A stretch of 64,000 bases of DNA from Callorhinchus milii (lineage: Eukaryota), in NCBI RefSeq assembly GCF_018977255.1, contig NW_024704743.1, positions 19,904,001 to 19,968,000 of the forward strand, read 5' to 3'. Both the position numbers and the translations under genes were made by a program. Within the stretch, counting starts at the first letter, position 1. Each line of letters starts with the position of its first letter. The notes under the pieces were generated by a model, which did no database searches, was not told where the DNA came from, and saw only the letters and a program-made list of their open reading frames with translations. Shown piece after piece: positions 52,721-64,000 of this stretch.

Positions 52721-54380
52721 ATACAATACAACTTTACATTTATATAGCATGGGTCACATCAAGAAGATGTCTTTTGCCAAGTCACCTGACAGCCCTGATT
52801 TGGCACTTGAGCTGAGGGTGGAAGCGGAGGAGTTGGGCAAGGGAAAGATAATCGAATGCGTGGTCAAAGAGGAAGATCTTGAGACGGACCTGAAAGAGAT
52901 GAGGGAGGGAGCGAGTCGAAGGGACTCCAGGAAAGAATTCCAGAGAATAGGGTCAGAAAGCCTGACAGTGGACATGGTTGCAGAGTTCTGGAGAGTTTTC
53001 AGCTTGTGTAGGGCAGTTGCGGAGTCAGGAAAGCAGAGCATTTGCACAGTCCAGCCTGGACATGATAAATGCATAATTAGGGTCTTGGCAGACTGAGGGA
53101 GAGGTAATGACATAGGCAGGCAATATTACAGAGGTAGAGGAAAACTGAGCAGGTCAGAGCAATGGATGTGAGGTTTAAAGGACAGTTGGGAGTCGAAAAA
53201 CACAATGATGTTGCGCACCGGCTCCATGAGAGAGTGTGCATTCAAGCATATTGATGTTCTCTGTGCCTGAGGCAAGAAACTGCTGACTGGAGGCAAGCAG
53301 GAGAGCTTCAGTCTAGCCAACATTCAAATGGAGAAACTTAAAGTTCATCGAGGACTTGATGTCTGACAGGCAATCAGTCAGAACAGCAATGGTCCTAGAA
53401 TAAAGGGCAGAAGCAGAGAAATAGAGTCGGGTGTCATCCGCACACATGTGGCAGATAATTCCATGCCTGTGGATTACATCGCCGAGCAGGAGGATACAGA
53501 TGTTGAAAAGGAGAGCACCAAGGATATAGCCCTGAAGAACATTGCGTGTGACAGTCACATGCGGGAGGAGAAACTGTTAGAACAGTCAAAGTAGAGATGC
53601 TGAGATAGGTAAGAGTGAAACCAGCATAGACCAGAACCATGAAGGTGGAGATGAAAGGAGAGATATCAGAGAAGGATAGCATAATTGGCAGTGACGAATG
53701 TGGCAGAGACTGAGACGAACAAGGAGGTAGAGAGAGCCCTGGTCACAGATGGAGAGACTTTGAACAAGGCAAGCTCAGTACTATGGGCTGAGTGGAAACA
53801 AGATTGGGGTGATTCATGTATGGAGCTCCGGGAAAAGAATGAGTGAAGCTGGGAAGCAGGGACCCATTTGAATACCTTAAAAGGCAGGTTAGAAATCAGA
53901 TGGTGGTTGGAGAACAAGGATGAGTTGAGGGAGAGTTTTTTTGAGAAGCAAGCTGATGACAGCCTTTTTGAAGGGGTGTAAGTATGTCGGTGGACAAAGA
54001 GATGTTGATGATGTCCTTTAGCAAGTGGGCAATGGACATCATCAAATGGAGGTGGGAGGTCAGGTTAGAGAGATGTGGGGTCAAGTGAACACATGGTGAA
54101 TTTCATGCGGGAGATGAATGATAGAGGAGAAACGGAAGCAAAGATGTGGAGGGAGGGATGGGTTGAGGCCAGAGGGGATGGGAGAGTGGGAGAGGGTGGC
54201 GACATTAGAGCAGCAGAGCAGATCTTCTCCATTTTGGACCCAATGAAGTACATCATCTAGTCACATTTGGAGGAGAGAAAAGGCACAGCGTGAGAAAGTG
54301 AGCGAAGGAGGTGGTGGGTGGTGGAAAAGAGGAGTCTGGGGTTGTCCTTGGCCAGCAGAATGATCTTGGAATAGAAAGAC
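52721..54380 (-). mobile_element. Older L2 LINE fragment (RT region, many frameshifts)
   Basis: Tail at 52721; CHMCADDTRLY, QSCFHSAHSTELAL, ISNLPF and CSLDP motifs in the fragment ORFs. Confidence 0.85.
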
Positions 54381-54593
54381 AATTTATTCCACGAACGTAC
54401 ACAAATATCAAATCTCTGCGCTACCCAACAAAAATAAAATCCAGCACGTGTGAAGTGGTGAAAACAAAGGAGAAATACAAACAGAAGTAAGATCTTAACT
54501 TTTGTTTAAATTTAAGGATAAGAGGCTGAAGCAAAACCTCTATGAACTGACAAACCTCTGCAAAATATTCCCTCAAGTAAAGAATCACACTAC

Positions 54594-54678
54594 CTGACTC
54601 TGGAGCTCACTCTGTTGCTTCAGACGAATGTTTTCTGGTGTATCGGCAACTATAGTGAACGACTGCTTTGGGTAGTGC
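54594..54678 (-). CDS. NEBL: LIM-nebulette (LASP2) internal coding exon, first nebulin repeat (equivalent to exon 3), 85 nt, phase 2 to phase 0
   Basis: Reverse complement reads ttgctgtttcag|G CAC TAC CCA AAG CAG ... CAG AGT CAG|gtagtg, translating to [28 protein letters not shown], the post-LIM segment of LASP1/LASP2. Canonical AG/GT sites. Not in the ORF track because it is short. Confidence 0.93.
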
Positions 54679-55812
54679 CTGAAACAGCAAGATAAAATGA
54701 CAATCAGATTCTTTTCATATATAAAAAAACACAGAGCTTAGGTTAAATACAGGAATGAAAGAATACATATTCCCCTTTCACTAGTTTAGATTTATAAATA
54801 ATTAAAGCAGATACAAAAACATACAATTCATTTTAGCCCTGGCACTACACATATTCACTTTCTCTTAAAAAATACTACTATTTTGTGCTGGTTGAAGAGG
54901 GAGTGGAGGTTGCAACTTGCTTTGAAATCTCTACAAATACTGCAAATTGGCTACAAGTGATGTACGAGCTACTTCTTAAAATTACCTTCTCCTCCTGTGA
55001 AAATGCACCCGAGAACTGAAATTCCTATCAGTGTTACATGTATCCACTTTGACAATACTATATTATCAATGGTGCATGTCCAACGTAACTGTAATTTCAT
55101 TCTCTATCTATTCTCTAACAGCATGTCTAAGACTGGTAACTTTATGTTGTAACAAAATGGTGAGGGGTTGAGCATCTCCGATTATTCAACTGCATTGGTG
55201 CTCCAAACCCTTCCCCACCTTCAAATGGAAATGTTTTCACTGAAATTGGCATCAATCCAAATACCTTGTGCAAATGTATCACAAGTGTCATTGCTATGCA
55301 TTTTGAAGGCTATAATTTGAATGTTCATTGCCCACCACCACCACTTGTTATAATAACTGATAGCAACATTTGACACACTGCCTTCATCGTATCAAATCTC
55401 AAAGTACTTCACACAAGGTTAATTATTTGGTAAATGCAGCAGCTGATTTGCACCTGAAATGTAGCACAAATGGCAATGGGATGAATGAACAATTAATCTG
55501 GGGGAGGTGAATTTTGGAAGAGAGAGGCATATTCTCCATTTCACTGTGAGAACGCCCCAATCTTCTTTCAAATATTGTCATGTGATCTTTAAAAGCCTGT
55601 CAGAACAGGTAAACAGAACTTTGGTTTAACTTCTCATCCGCAAAATTAGCAGCTTCAAGAGTGCAGCACCCCCACAGGTAAGTAACAATTACAACCTGCA
55701 TTTACATAGCCCCTTCATGTAGGATAGTGTCTCAGAATGCTTTACAGTAGTGAGGCTGAGCAAGAGAGAAGAGGGAGGTTACCATTGGCTTGGTCGAAAA
55801 GGTAGGGTTTTT

Positions 55813-56175
55813 GTGGAGTCCTGTAGCTCAATGGTTAGAGCACTCGCCTCGCAAGCAAGAGGACCTAGGTTTGATTCCAAGCAGGGCGAAATATTGGGCA
55901 AGTTTCCTTACTCTACACGCCTCTGTTTACCTAGCAGTAAGTAGGAACCCGGTTGTTAGTTGATTAACGGATCACTTTTCCAGGGGTAATAATTCCTTCA
56001 AAAAAATATAATAATAAATTGGTCACTCAATCCACGATTGTTTGTGGGACACTGTTGTATGCAACTGGCTGCCACGTTTCGCCCACAAAATATACAGTCA
56101 ATTCACTTTACAGCACTTTGAGACGTCTCAAAGATGCAATAAGGCACTATATCAAATGCAAGGATTATTATTATT
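55813..56175 (+). mobile_element. Young SINE, long form, full length, nested in an old minus-strand L2 tail (~55685-56290)
   Basis: Head with anticodon loop CTCGCAA; gcctctgtttacctagcagtaagtaggaacc insert; flanks are collinear L2 3' sequence. Confidence 0.9.
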
Positions 56176-56789
56176 TTAGCTGGGGTTCAAAGATCGATAA
56201 AGTCGGGACAAGGCAGAGAGTTCCAAAGGTTAAGGACTTAGTGAAAGAAGGCTTCAACACTGGAGGGTCAAGGTAGATTATGAGCACAAATATTAGTATA
56301 GGGTTAAAACTAACAACCTTCGGCCCGGGGGCAAGAATGCTACAAACTTGTGCCAAACTGACACAGCAGCTATTCAAAATAATTGGCACAGCATCAAAAG
56401 ATTTGCTCTGCTTCTGCTGTCATGTTAAGTTGAGACGATATCCAAACCCAAGAGAAGGTTAACAGTATTATCTTACACAAACATTCCTGCAAGATAATGG
56501 TGTTAATCTCCTATTGGTTTGTTTATTATTTTGAAAAGGTATTTAATTGAAGGGCTGCAACATGGTAAAGCACTAGACATACTGTGTTTTGTTTTGCCTT
56601 CAACAATGGGCTATGTCTTTCCATGTTATTTTTTCCTTTCACACATCTAAACAGCAAGTCACAGATCCCGTAAGGTAAAGATGAGAAACTAGCCCAGTTC
56701 TTGATTCAGACATCACTGATATAAGTCTGACACACTTTCAGGACATGCAAAGGAGATGTACAAGAGAAAAATATCTTAGTATACCTATC

Positions 56790-57202
56790 AGGAAAGGCTG
56801 AACATACTTGGACTCTTTTCTCTTGAAAAGAGGAGGGTGACCTGATAGAGGTCTTTAAAATGATGACAGGTTTTGATAGAGTAGACATAGGGAAGATGTT
56901 TCCACTTGTGCGGGAGACCAAAACCAGGGGCCATCAATATAAAATAGTCACAAATAGATCAAGTAGGGAAGTTAGAAGAAATGTCTTCACACAGAGAGTA
57001 GTGGGAATGTGGAACATGCCACCACAAGGAGTTGTTGAGGCAAATAGCATAGATGTATTTAAGGGAAAGGTACATGAGGGAGAAAGGAATAGAAGGTTAT
57101 GCTTGAAGACTTAGTTGAGGAAGGGCAGGAGGAGGCTCATGTGGAGCATAAACACCAGCATAGACCAGTTGGGATGTATATTCTAATGTATTCTAATGTA
57201 TC
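56790..57202 (+). mobile_element. CR1 3' fragment
   Basis: GDLIEVFKMMTGFDRVD...TRGHQYK...VFTQRVVGMWN; (tattctaatg)2 tail. Confidence 0.88.
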
Positions 57203-59949
57203 TTCAATTATTAATACAATTCTTACAACTGCACAGGCAGCAAACTAGCTAAAAGTATCTGTACACATTGCTTTCGCATCAAAAGTATACAGTCCAAATC
57301 CCTGACTGTCCAGCATTTTGGTATATCCTCCCAACGTGAAAGGCGCTATACAAATGTAATTTGTTGTTGTTTGGCTCTAACTAGAATTGGTATGGAATTG
57401 GTATGCAACTTCTCAACGTTCGCAAACTAAATTCAGTGAGACAGTCAATGACTAAGTAGATTGGATATGGTTTGATAAAGCGTGCTGTGTAGGTATTTTT
57501 ATTCCATGCACCATATGGGTCGGTTAGGCTCACTCTGCACTTTGGCTTCCAGGTTAAAGCTTGTGGGTTTGAGGTCCACCAGAGGATTTAAACTTCAATG
57601 GAAGATATGGGACCAACAGAACCAACATGCAAACTCACCAAAATGACACTGCAATACGTGATTTACTTCTGTCACTTGCAGAACATTCCTGGCATGTTTT
57701 AGCTTCCATGACAGCAGTCATTACACTTCAAAATAAACTCATTACACAACATGCTTTAAGATATTTCAACATGAATAAGGTGCTTAGAGCAGTATTTTTT
57801 TATTATTATGCCTTCTTATGGAATGGATCTTAGACATTACAGGGACGAATTCTAGTCTTAAAATTAGCTTCCACAAAGGAACTGTTCATCATAATTCTCA
57901 TGTTTGTGCACTAGATTAGCACATGTGTTGCTATTTCACAGATTGGTACAGAAAGTACTTGCAAACTGAGGCACTTTACGAAAATTGTATTTATACATGA
58001 CGTATTATAAAAACGAATGAAGATTTTAAATGTGCAAAGCTCAGCATTCATGCAGCTGAGTTCAGCAATGTTGAGGGTCTTAATCGCCTAGAATTACAAG
58101 TAAATACAACAACAACAACAAAATTACAGAGCGGATCATGGCGCAGATGTGGGGTAGAAAGGATAGTTGAGGGTCGAACAAGACCCCAAGATTCCAGACT
58201 GGCTTAGCAAGGTGAATACATGTAACATTCAATGCTAGAGTCCACAGAACACATCAATATTGCCTTTATTGCTTCCTCATTGCATCCTAATTGTGCTTGT
58301 CACTAAAATAACTACATAAACATATGCTTTTAATAATGAGAACAAGGATATTCAATCTCCACCACTGGAAGAGTCTTACAAATGTTAAGTAAAACTTCAT
58401 CTTGAAACTTTTACAAAGGATTTGTGAATACGGCAGACAGCATGCACCATTCCTTCATGACTTCTGCTAAGTCCATGCACAGCATCAGACTCATCAAATA
58501 TGTAAAGGAACTATAAGAAATACACCTGGAAGAGACTTCATCGAGGTTATTGTAATAAACAAATGTAATAACGTCAAATTTTATTTCAGATTTTTGCTAA
58601 CCTGACAATCCCTCAAACCAAAAGATTATAATAAAATACTACAAAAATAACACTGCTCAAATACCAGGAACAAGATAAAATATAAAATGTTTCACCCACA
58701 AATACAGTCAATCCACTTTACAGTATATTCTGTGCAGCATTTTGAAACATCTCAACAAAGTGATAAGGGGATACATATCAAATCCACAGAATATATATTA
58801 CAATAGTATCTAGGTGTTAAAATAAAATTGCACAAATTAAAAATTCTAAACAATCATGTTTGCTCACCCTGTCACCCTTCTCTTTCTTTCATTCTTTTGT
58901 CTTGTTTTTATAACTTTCATTTTATTTTTCCCTAACTAATCTAAGCTGTGCTTTTTTTTAAAAAAAAGAAACACTGTTTGCCCACTGTGTCTTTTACTTT
59001 GCCTTTTAATCCCATTTGACTCACCAGCTTCCACTTTGTCTCCTCCAATAGTTTCTACCCTTACCCTCGCAAAGTGACCTCAGAGCTGTACTGTCAGTTC
59101 ACTCTTTTTCCTTGTCTACGTGCTCCTTCTTGGCGACTTCATCCACAGACATGCGGTTAACTTGCACTTGTATGTGGCTACACGTAATTGTATTATCAGT
59201 CCTCCATTAAATCAAGTGTAGGAAAGGAATGATAATTGACAGTTCTGTACCAATAAGGCGTATTTACTGGATGTTAAGCCTGAGGCAGTGACCATGTCCA
59301 GCAAGAGGGAAACCCTGACCTTCGATGGCACAACTACATTTACTGCAAATGTGGTGTGAATATTACCTACTACTTGTCAGTTAAGCGAAAAATAAAATGC
59401 CACGCATTTCTGATTGATTATTAGGGTAGATCTCATTGGAAAACATCAGGACTCGTTTATCCACATTCCGGGTCCAACCAGATTAGTCATATTCAAAGTG
59501 GGATTTAATATCTGCTAAATTTGAATCGATTGCTGCACGTTGCCGCAAGTTTGTTATGGTTTGGAACTATCAGCTATACATGATAGTTCAACATTTACAT
59601 GTTTACACTTGATTTAAAAGCAATTAAAGGAGAACCAATAACACAATTTTAAATTTCGCAATATAAGACAAGCAACTTTTGGAACTCTTGTATCTCGGTA
59701 ATCCTACCAAACAAATCAACAACTCAAGCAGGTCAGAGCTGAATGGAAGGCATTATAGACAAGTACAGGGTACCACTGGAGGTTAGACTATTTAGTCAAT
59801 CTGCTGCACTTCACTGTACAAGGTCACATGCATATCAAGACAAGGTGTTTTATCAGTGTTCTGCTGCTAAACGGCAGACTGCAGCATCAACAACAACTAC
59901 AAATTACATTTGTAAAGCATCTTTCACGTCATTCATTGAATTACGTAGA

Positions 59950-60180
59950 ACATTGCAGCGTGCAAACAGGCCATTTGACTCAACTAGTCCACTCTGGGGT
60001 TAATCCTCCATGAGATTCCACCTATCTTAATCTCCTCTCCATAAACCTCTATTCCCTTCTCCCTCAGGTGTGCATCAAGCTTCTTGTTAAATACTTTGAT
60101 GATTTTTTGCTTCTCCAACAAGGTCCACAGTCTCACCAGCCTTTGCATAAAGAAGTTTGTGCTAAACAACCTATTAGATT
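59950..60180 (-). mobile_element. Old CR1 3' fragment
   Basis: NFFMQRLVRLW...FNKKLDAHLREKGIEVYG. Confidence 0.75.
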
Positions 60181-60311
60181 ATTTTGATTTTGTACAGAGC
60201 ATCATTCTTCCTCCAAACATTTAAATATTTGTCATGATGTGAATGAACCATCGGAAGAAACATAAATGTAAAAAGTGTTTGACTTTATACAGATGATAGT
60301 GATTTTTTTTG

Positions 60312-60387
60312 CATTAGACTTTAAACACAAAATGGTCTTTGGCCTATTACATTAGACTCAAAACACAAAATGATCATTGGCCCATAT
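60312..60387 (+). repeat. Diverged 38-bp tandem duplication
   Basis: cattagactttaaacacaaaatggtctttggcc versus cattagactcaaaacacaaaatgatcattggcc. Confidence 0.8.
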
Positions 60388-61159
60388 TGAGGTTTAAAAA
60401 AATGAGTATTTAAAAAAATCGACAATTACTTCATCAGTCTTAGTTACGATTTCTGAACTGTGTGAAAACACATGTGCAGAGGACTAAACGTAATTAATGA
60501 TTGAAATGTTTTTATTAATTATGTGATTAACAAACCTTTCCATTGTTTGTTAATTAAATAATGAAGGGCACCTGTAATTCCAACTTTACACATGCATTTA
60601 CACATGGTGCATAATAGACTTCCAATCTCTCGTACCATTCAATTCAATTCACCAAATAATTATAGAATTCCCTCTTGAATTTCCTGATATGTTCTGCCTC
60701 TGCAGACTTTCTGAGTGGTCTATTTCACGTTCATCATGCTCTGTGGAAAAAAAATTAAATCTGAACTCTGTTCACCTTCCCTCTTCTCAGCTTGAGTTTG
60801 TGTCCTTTTGTCTTAGCCGTGACTGTTTTGACGTTTTTTTTGGCAGTATAAGGAATGTAAGTTAAAAAGGGCACAGCTCTATGAAGTTAAAATGAATCAT
60901 AGAGTATAAAATTATACTGGTATCAAAATCAAGCAAATCTACATTAAGTGTTCTTAAAATCTGTATAAAATCAATAATACAATATCATTTTGAAAGTAAG
61001 CTTACTTTCTTACAGAGAACTCTGCTTTTTTTCTCAACCCGGCCTATGGGTCGCTTCAACTTTTGCCAACCGTTTCAATTAATTTATTAAAAATAAAGCT
61101 TCCCTCACATCACAAACCACAAATGATGCCAGTATGATGCCAGTAAACAAAAATGTGAA

Positions 61160-61310
61160 CACTCAATCTACGACTGTTTGTGGGACACCACTGTGCGTGT
61201 TTGCCCACAAAATATATAGTTAATTCACTTTACAGTATATTCTGTGAAGTGCTTTGAGACGTATCAATGATGTGATAAGGCGCTATATCAAATGTAAGGA
61301 TTATTATTAT
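61160..61310 (+). mobile_element. 3' part of young SINE; similar tails at ~1-85(-), 920-1030, 1070-1190, 13735-13895, 15635-15770, 33565-33660, 51188-51345 and 58690-58800
   Basis: cactcaatctacgactgtttgtgggacac...gataaggcgctatatcaaatgtaagg(att)n. Confidence 0.85.
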
Positions 61311-62079
61311 TTTCTTTGTGGCAGCTCTAGAACATCCTCCTGGCATTCGATAATTTCTTTGACAAAAACAGATAGCTTTTTGTCTGATATGTAGCTTCCC
61401 GATTAGTTTTGGTTTGCATATTGATTGTTAGTAAAACTAAGTAAAAGGCAGGAAAGGAAACTGGAAAACAGCTCAATTTGCTGAGAACCATCAAATATGC
61501 ACAACACACAGGGACAGAGCTCAATCCACTGGATGGAGGTGGGGGGGAATCGTTTTAATATAAAAATGTAATCGTTCATGTAGAAGTGTTTCCCTTAAAA
61601 CATAAAGCTTTAAATGTTGTTGATTTCTCTAGAGAAAATATAAATGACAGTTGTAAGGAATAAAGCAGATATGTAATCCCCTAACAGTTTGTATAATTAC
61701 ACTATGAAACAGCAGGATTCTGGAATGACTAACACAATATTTAAACCACAGACATGCATTACTAAAATACGCAAAACAGCCTCAACATTTCACTAAACTT
61801 TGTTCCCATTTTTTAACAATCATCAACATAACTAAAAATGCAACAGAAAAGTACCAGCAAAATACAAGTTATTCTTTTCAATACCTGACTTTGCACTTAA
61901 AAGTGCCTGTAATTTTTTTGTATTTTTGTAGTTTATTTCCCCCAAAGTGTTGTTTTTTTTCCAGTGAAAAGTTGTTTTTTTTCCAAACAAAGTGATCGTT
62001 GTATAGGCGACCTCGGTGTGTTTACTGGATGTTTATTCACATTTTTTTATGGTGTCATCAGAATTCTTGCTAGCCATCA

Positions 62080-62465
62080 GCCTGACTCAGTTGGTAGCAC
62101 TCTTGCCCCCGAGTCAGAAGGCACATTGTATGTTTAAGGCCCCTGGTGAAATTTTGAACTCACATAGTCTAGTCTCACACTGCAATACAGTGCTGGGGTG
62201 GTATTGCATTATTGGAGGTGCTGTCCTTCAGAAGAGAAGTTAAACCAAAGTCCCAACTGCCTGCTTGGATAAACATTAAAAAATCATGGTGTTAAATTAA
62301 AAAGAGAAGGGAGTTTCCCATGTAGTCCTGGTCTAAAGTTTCCACAGTAATGCATTTCAAGACTTTCTGTAGGACATTGCTGAGCACAAATTGGCTGCCA
62401 TGTTTACCTACAAATACATTGTCATTCCGGCAAATCCTATGTAACAAAATGCAAGGATTAGATTT
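62080..62465 (+). mobile_element. Old Deu-domain tRNA SINE
   Basis: ctcagttggtagcactcttgcc...gagtcagaagg head; gtattgcattattggaggtgctgtccttcag...gttaaacc body; tgctgagcacaaattggctgcc 3' part. Confidence 0.65.
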
Positions 62466-62706
62466 ATTTTACCACTATTTTTAAAAATAATCTTTGCACA
62501 GCAATGCAGTTGTATAACGTGTTCTAATTGGCCTTGTACTGAAGGTGTTTCATTCTGAACAGGTTGAAAATAAATCATCTTTGCACATGGCCAAAACAGT
62601 TCATTAAAACGATTGCTTCCAGAGCAAGCATGCAGTTGGGGTAAATATGAACTGTAAACTTTCAGCTGGTATTTAGCCAATGTGTGAACAATTAATACAA
62701 TAACAA

Positions 62707-62944
62707 GTGGAGTACTGTAGCTCAGTGGTTAAAGCATTCGCCTCACAAGCGAGAGACCTGTGTTCGATTCCCGGCAGGGCAAAACCTTGGGCAAGTTTCT
62801 TTACTCCACACGCCTGATAATAATCCCTCAAGAAAAAAAACAATAATAAATTGGTCACTTCAACCCATGAATGTTTGTGGGACACGGCTGTGCGCAATTG
62901 GCTGCCGCGTTTTGCCCACAAACGTACAGTCAATTAACTTTACA
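62707..62944 (+). mobile_element. Young SINE, short form, 3' part displaced by the adjacent CR1
   Basis: Intact head and body stop abruptly at caattaactttaca, where CR1 ORF2 sequence begins. Confidence 0.88.
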
Positions 62945-64000
62945 ACAAGGGACAGAAAACCCTAGTGGGAGTAGTTTATAGACCCCCGAACAGCAGTCAC
63001 AGTATCTCTCAAAGTATAAATCAGGAAATTAGCAGAGCATGTAGTAAAGGAAAAACATTAATTGTGGGTGATTTTAATCTGCACATAGATTGGGACAACT
63101 AAATTGGGAAAAGTATGATAGAGGAAGAGTTTATAGAATGTATTAGAGATAATTATCTAGATCAGTATGCCGAGGAGCCAACCAGGGAACAGGCCATATT
63201 AGACCTTGTTTTGTGCAATGAAGCAGGACTGATCAGCAAACTGGAAATTAAGGCTCCTCTAGGGCAAAGTGATCATAATACGATGGAATTTAGCACTAAG
63301 TTAGAGAGAGAAGTAGTTAAGTCTGAAACAAAGGTTTTAAATTTAAGTAGAGCCAATTGTGCTGGTATGAGAGAGGATTTAGCCAAAATAAACTGGGAAA
63401 TTAGATTTAAGGATATGACAGTAGACCAGCAAAGGCAGACATTTAAGGAGATAGTGCAAAATTCCCAGCGAGCACGTATTCCTTTGAGGAATAAGAATGC
63501 CATGGGAAAGGTGGCCCAACCGTGGCTTACTAGAGCAGTTAGGGAAAGTATAAAGTTAAAGGAAGAAGCCTATAAAGCAGCTAAGATGAGTAGTAAACCC
63601 GAGGATTGGGAGAACTTTAGGGATCAACAAAGGAGAACCAAAAAAGTGATTAAGAGGGAGAAAATGGAATATGAGGGCAAACTAGCGAGGAACATAAAGA
63701 CAGACTGCAAGAGTTTTTATAAGTATATAAAGAGGAAGAGGCTGTCAAGGGTAAATGTGGGTCCGCTACAGTCAGAGACAGGGGGAATTATAGTCGGGGA
63801 CAAAGACATGGCAGAGTTATTAAACAAGTACTTTGCTACTGTCTTCACCTTAGAAGACACTGAAAACCTACCAAGCATAGAGGGGAACCAAGAAGAAAAT
63901 GTTAGCGAGTAACTTGGAGGAATTAATATTAGTAAAGAAATGGTTTTAGGTAAATTATCGTGTCTTAAAACTGATAAATCTCCTGGACCTGATGGCCTAC
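62945..64000 (+). mobile_element. 5'-truncated CR1 LINE ORF2 (end of APE endonuclease, linker, start of RT region), inactivated, running off the window
   Basis: Translates as KGQKTLVGVVYRPPNS...IVGDFN...PTREQAILDLVL...LGQSDHN...PWLT...KSFYKYIKRKR...LNKYFATVFT...KSPGPDG, with in-frame TAA stops at 63100 and 63910. Confidence 0.93.

Larger units (their letters stand above)
30457..54593 (-). other. NEBL: ~24.1 kb GT-AG intron between the two NEBL exons
   Basis: Donor gtagtg next to 54594 and polypyrimidine-cag acceptor next to 30456; phase-0 junction SQ|VKY continues the frame. Confidence 0.85.

Overview
Eukaryotic, AT-rich, repeat-dense vertebrate DNA. The CR1/L2/DeuSINE repertoire points to a cartilaginous fish; the species cannot be fixed from the sequence. 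The window appears to lie inside a large minus-strand gene, most likely NEBL in its LIM-nebulette/LASP2 form. Two coding exons are recognisable: 54594-54678 ([28 protein letters not shown]) and 30349-30456 ([36 protein letters not shown]), separated by a ~24.1 kb GT-AG intron. The rest is intron filled with a young tRNA-headed SINE sharing its tail with an L2 LINE, older Deu-type SINEs, and L2 and CR1 fragments. Almost all ORFs in the supplied track are TE-derived or spurious. The most interesting unexplained structures are: a long inverted repeat at 7.8-8.07 kb with a minimal hammerhead-ribozyme core on each arm (Penelope-like); a five-unit alternating-orientation palindromic array at 50.0-50.4 kb; a pre-miRNA-shaped hairpin at 718-777; and a possible alternative first exon at ~59.0-59.2 kb in phase with the NEBL exon. 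Repeat boundaries were read by eye and are approximate.
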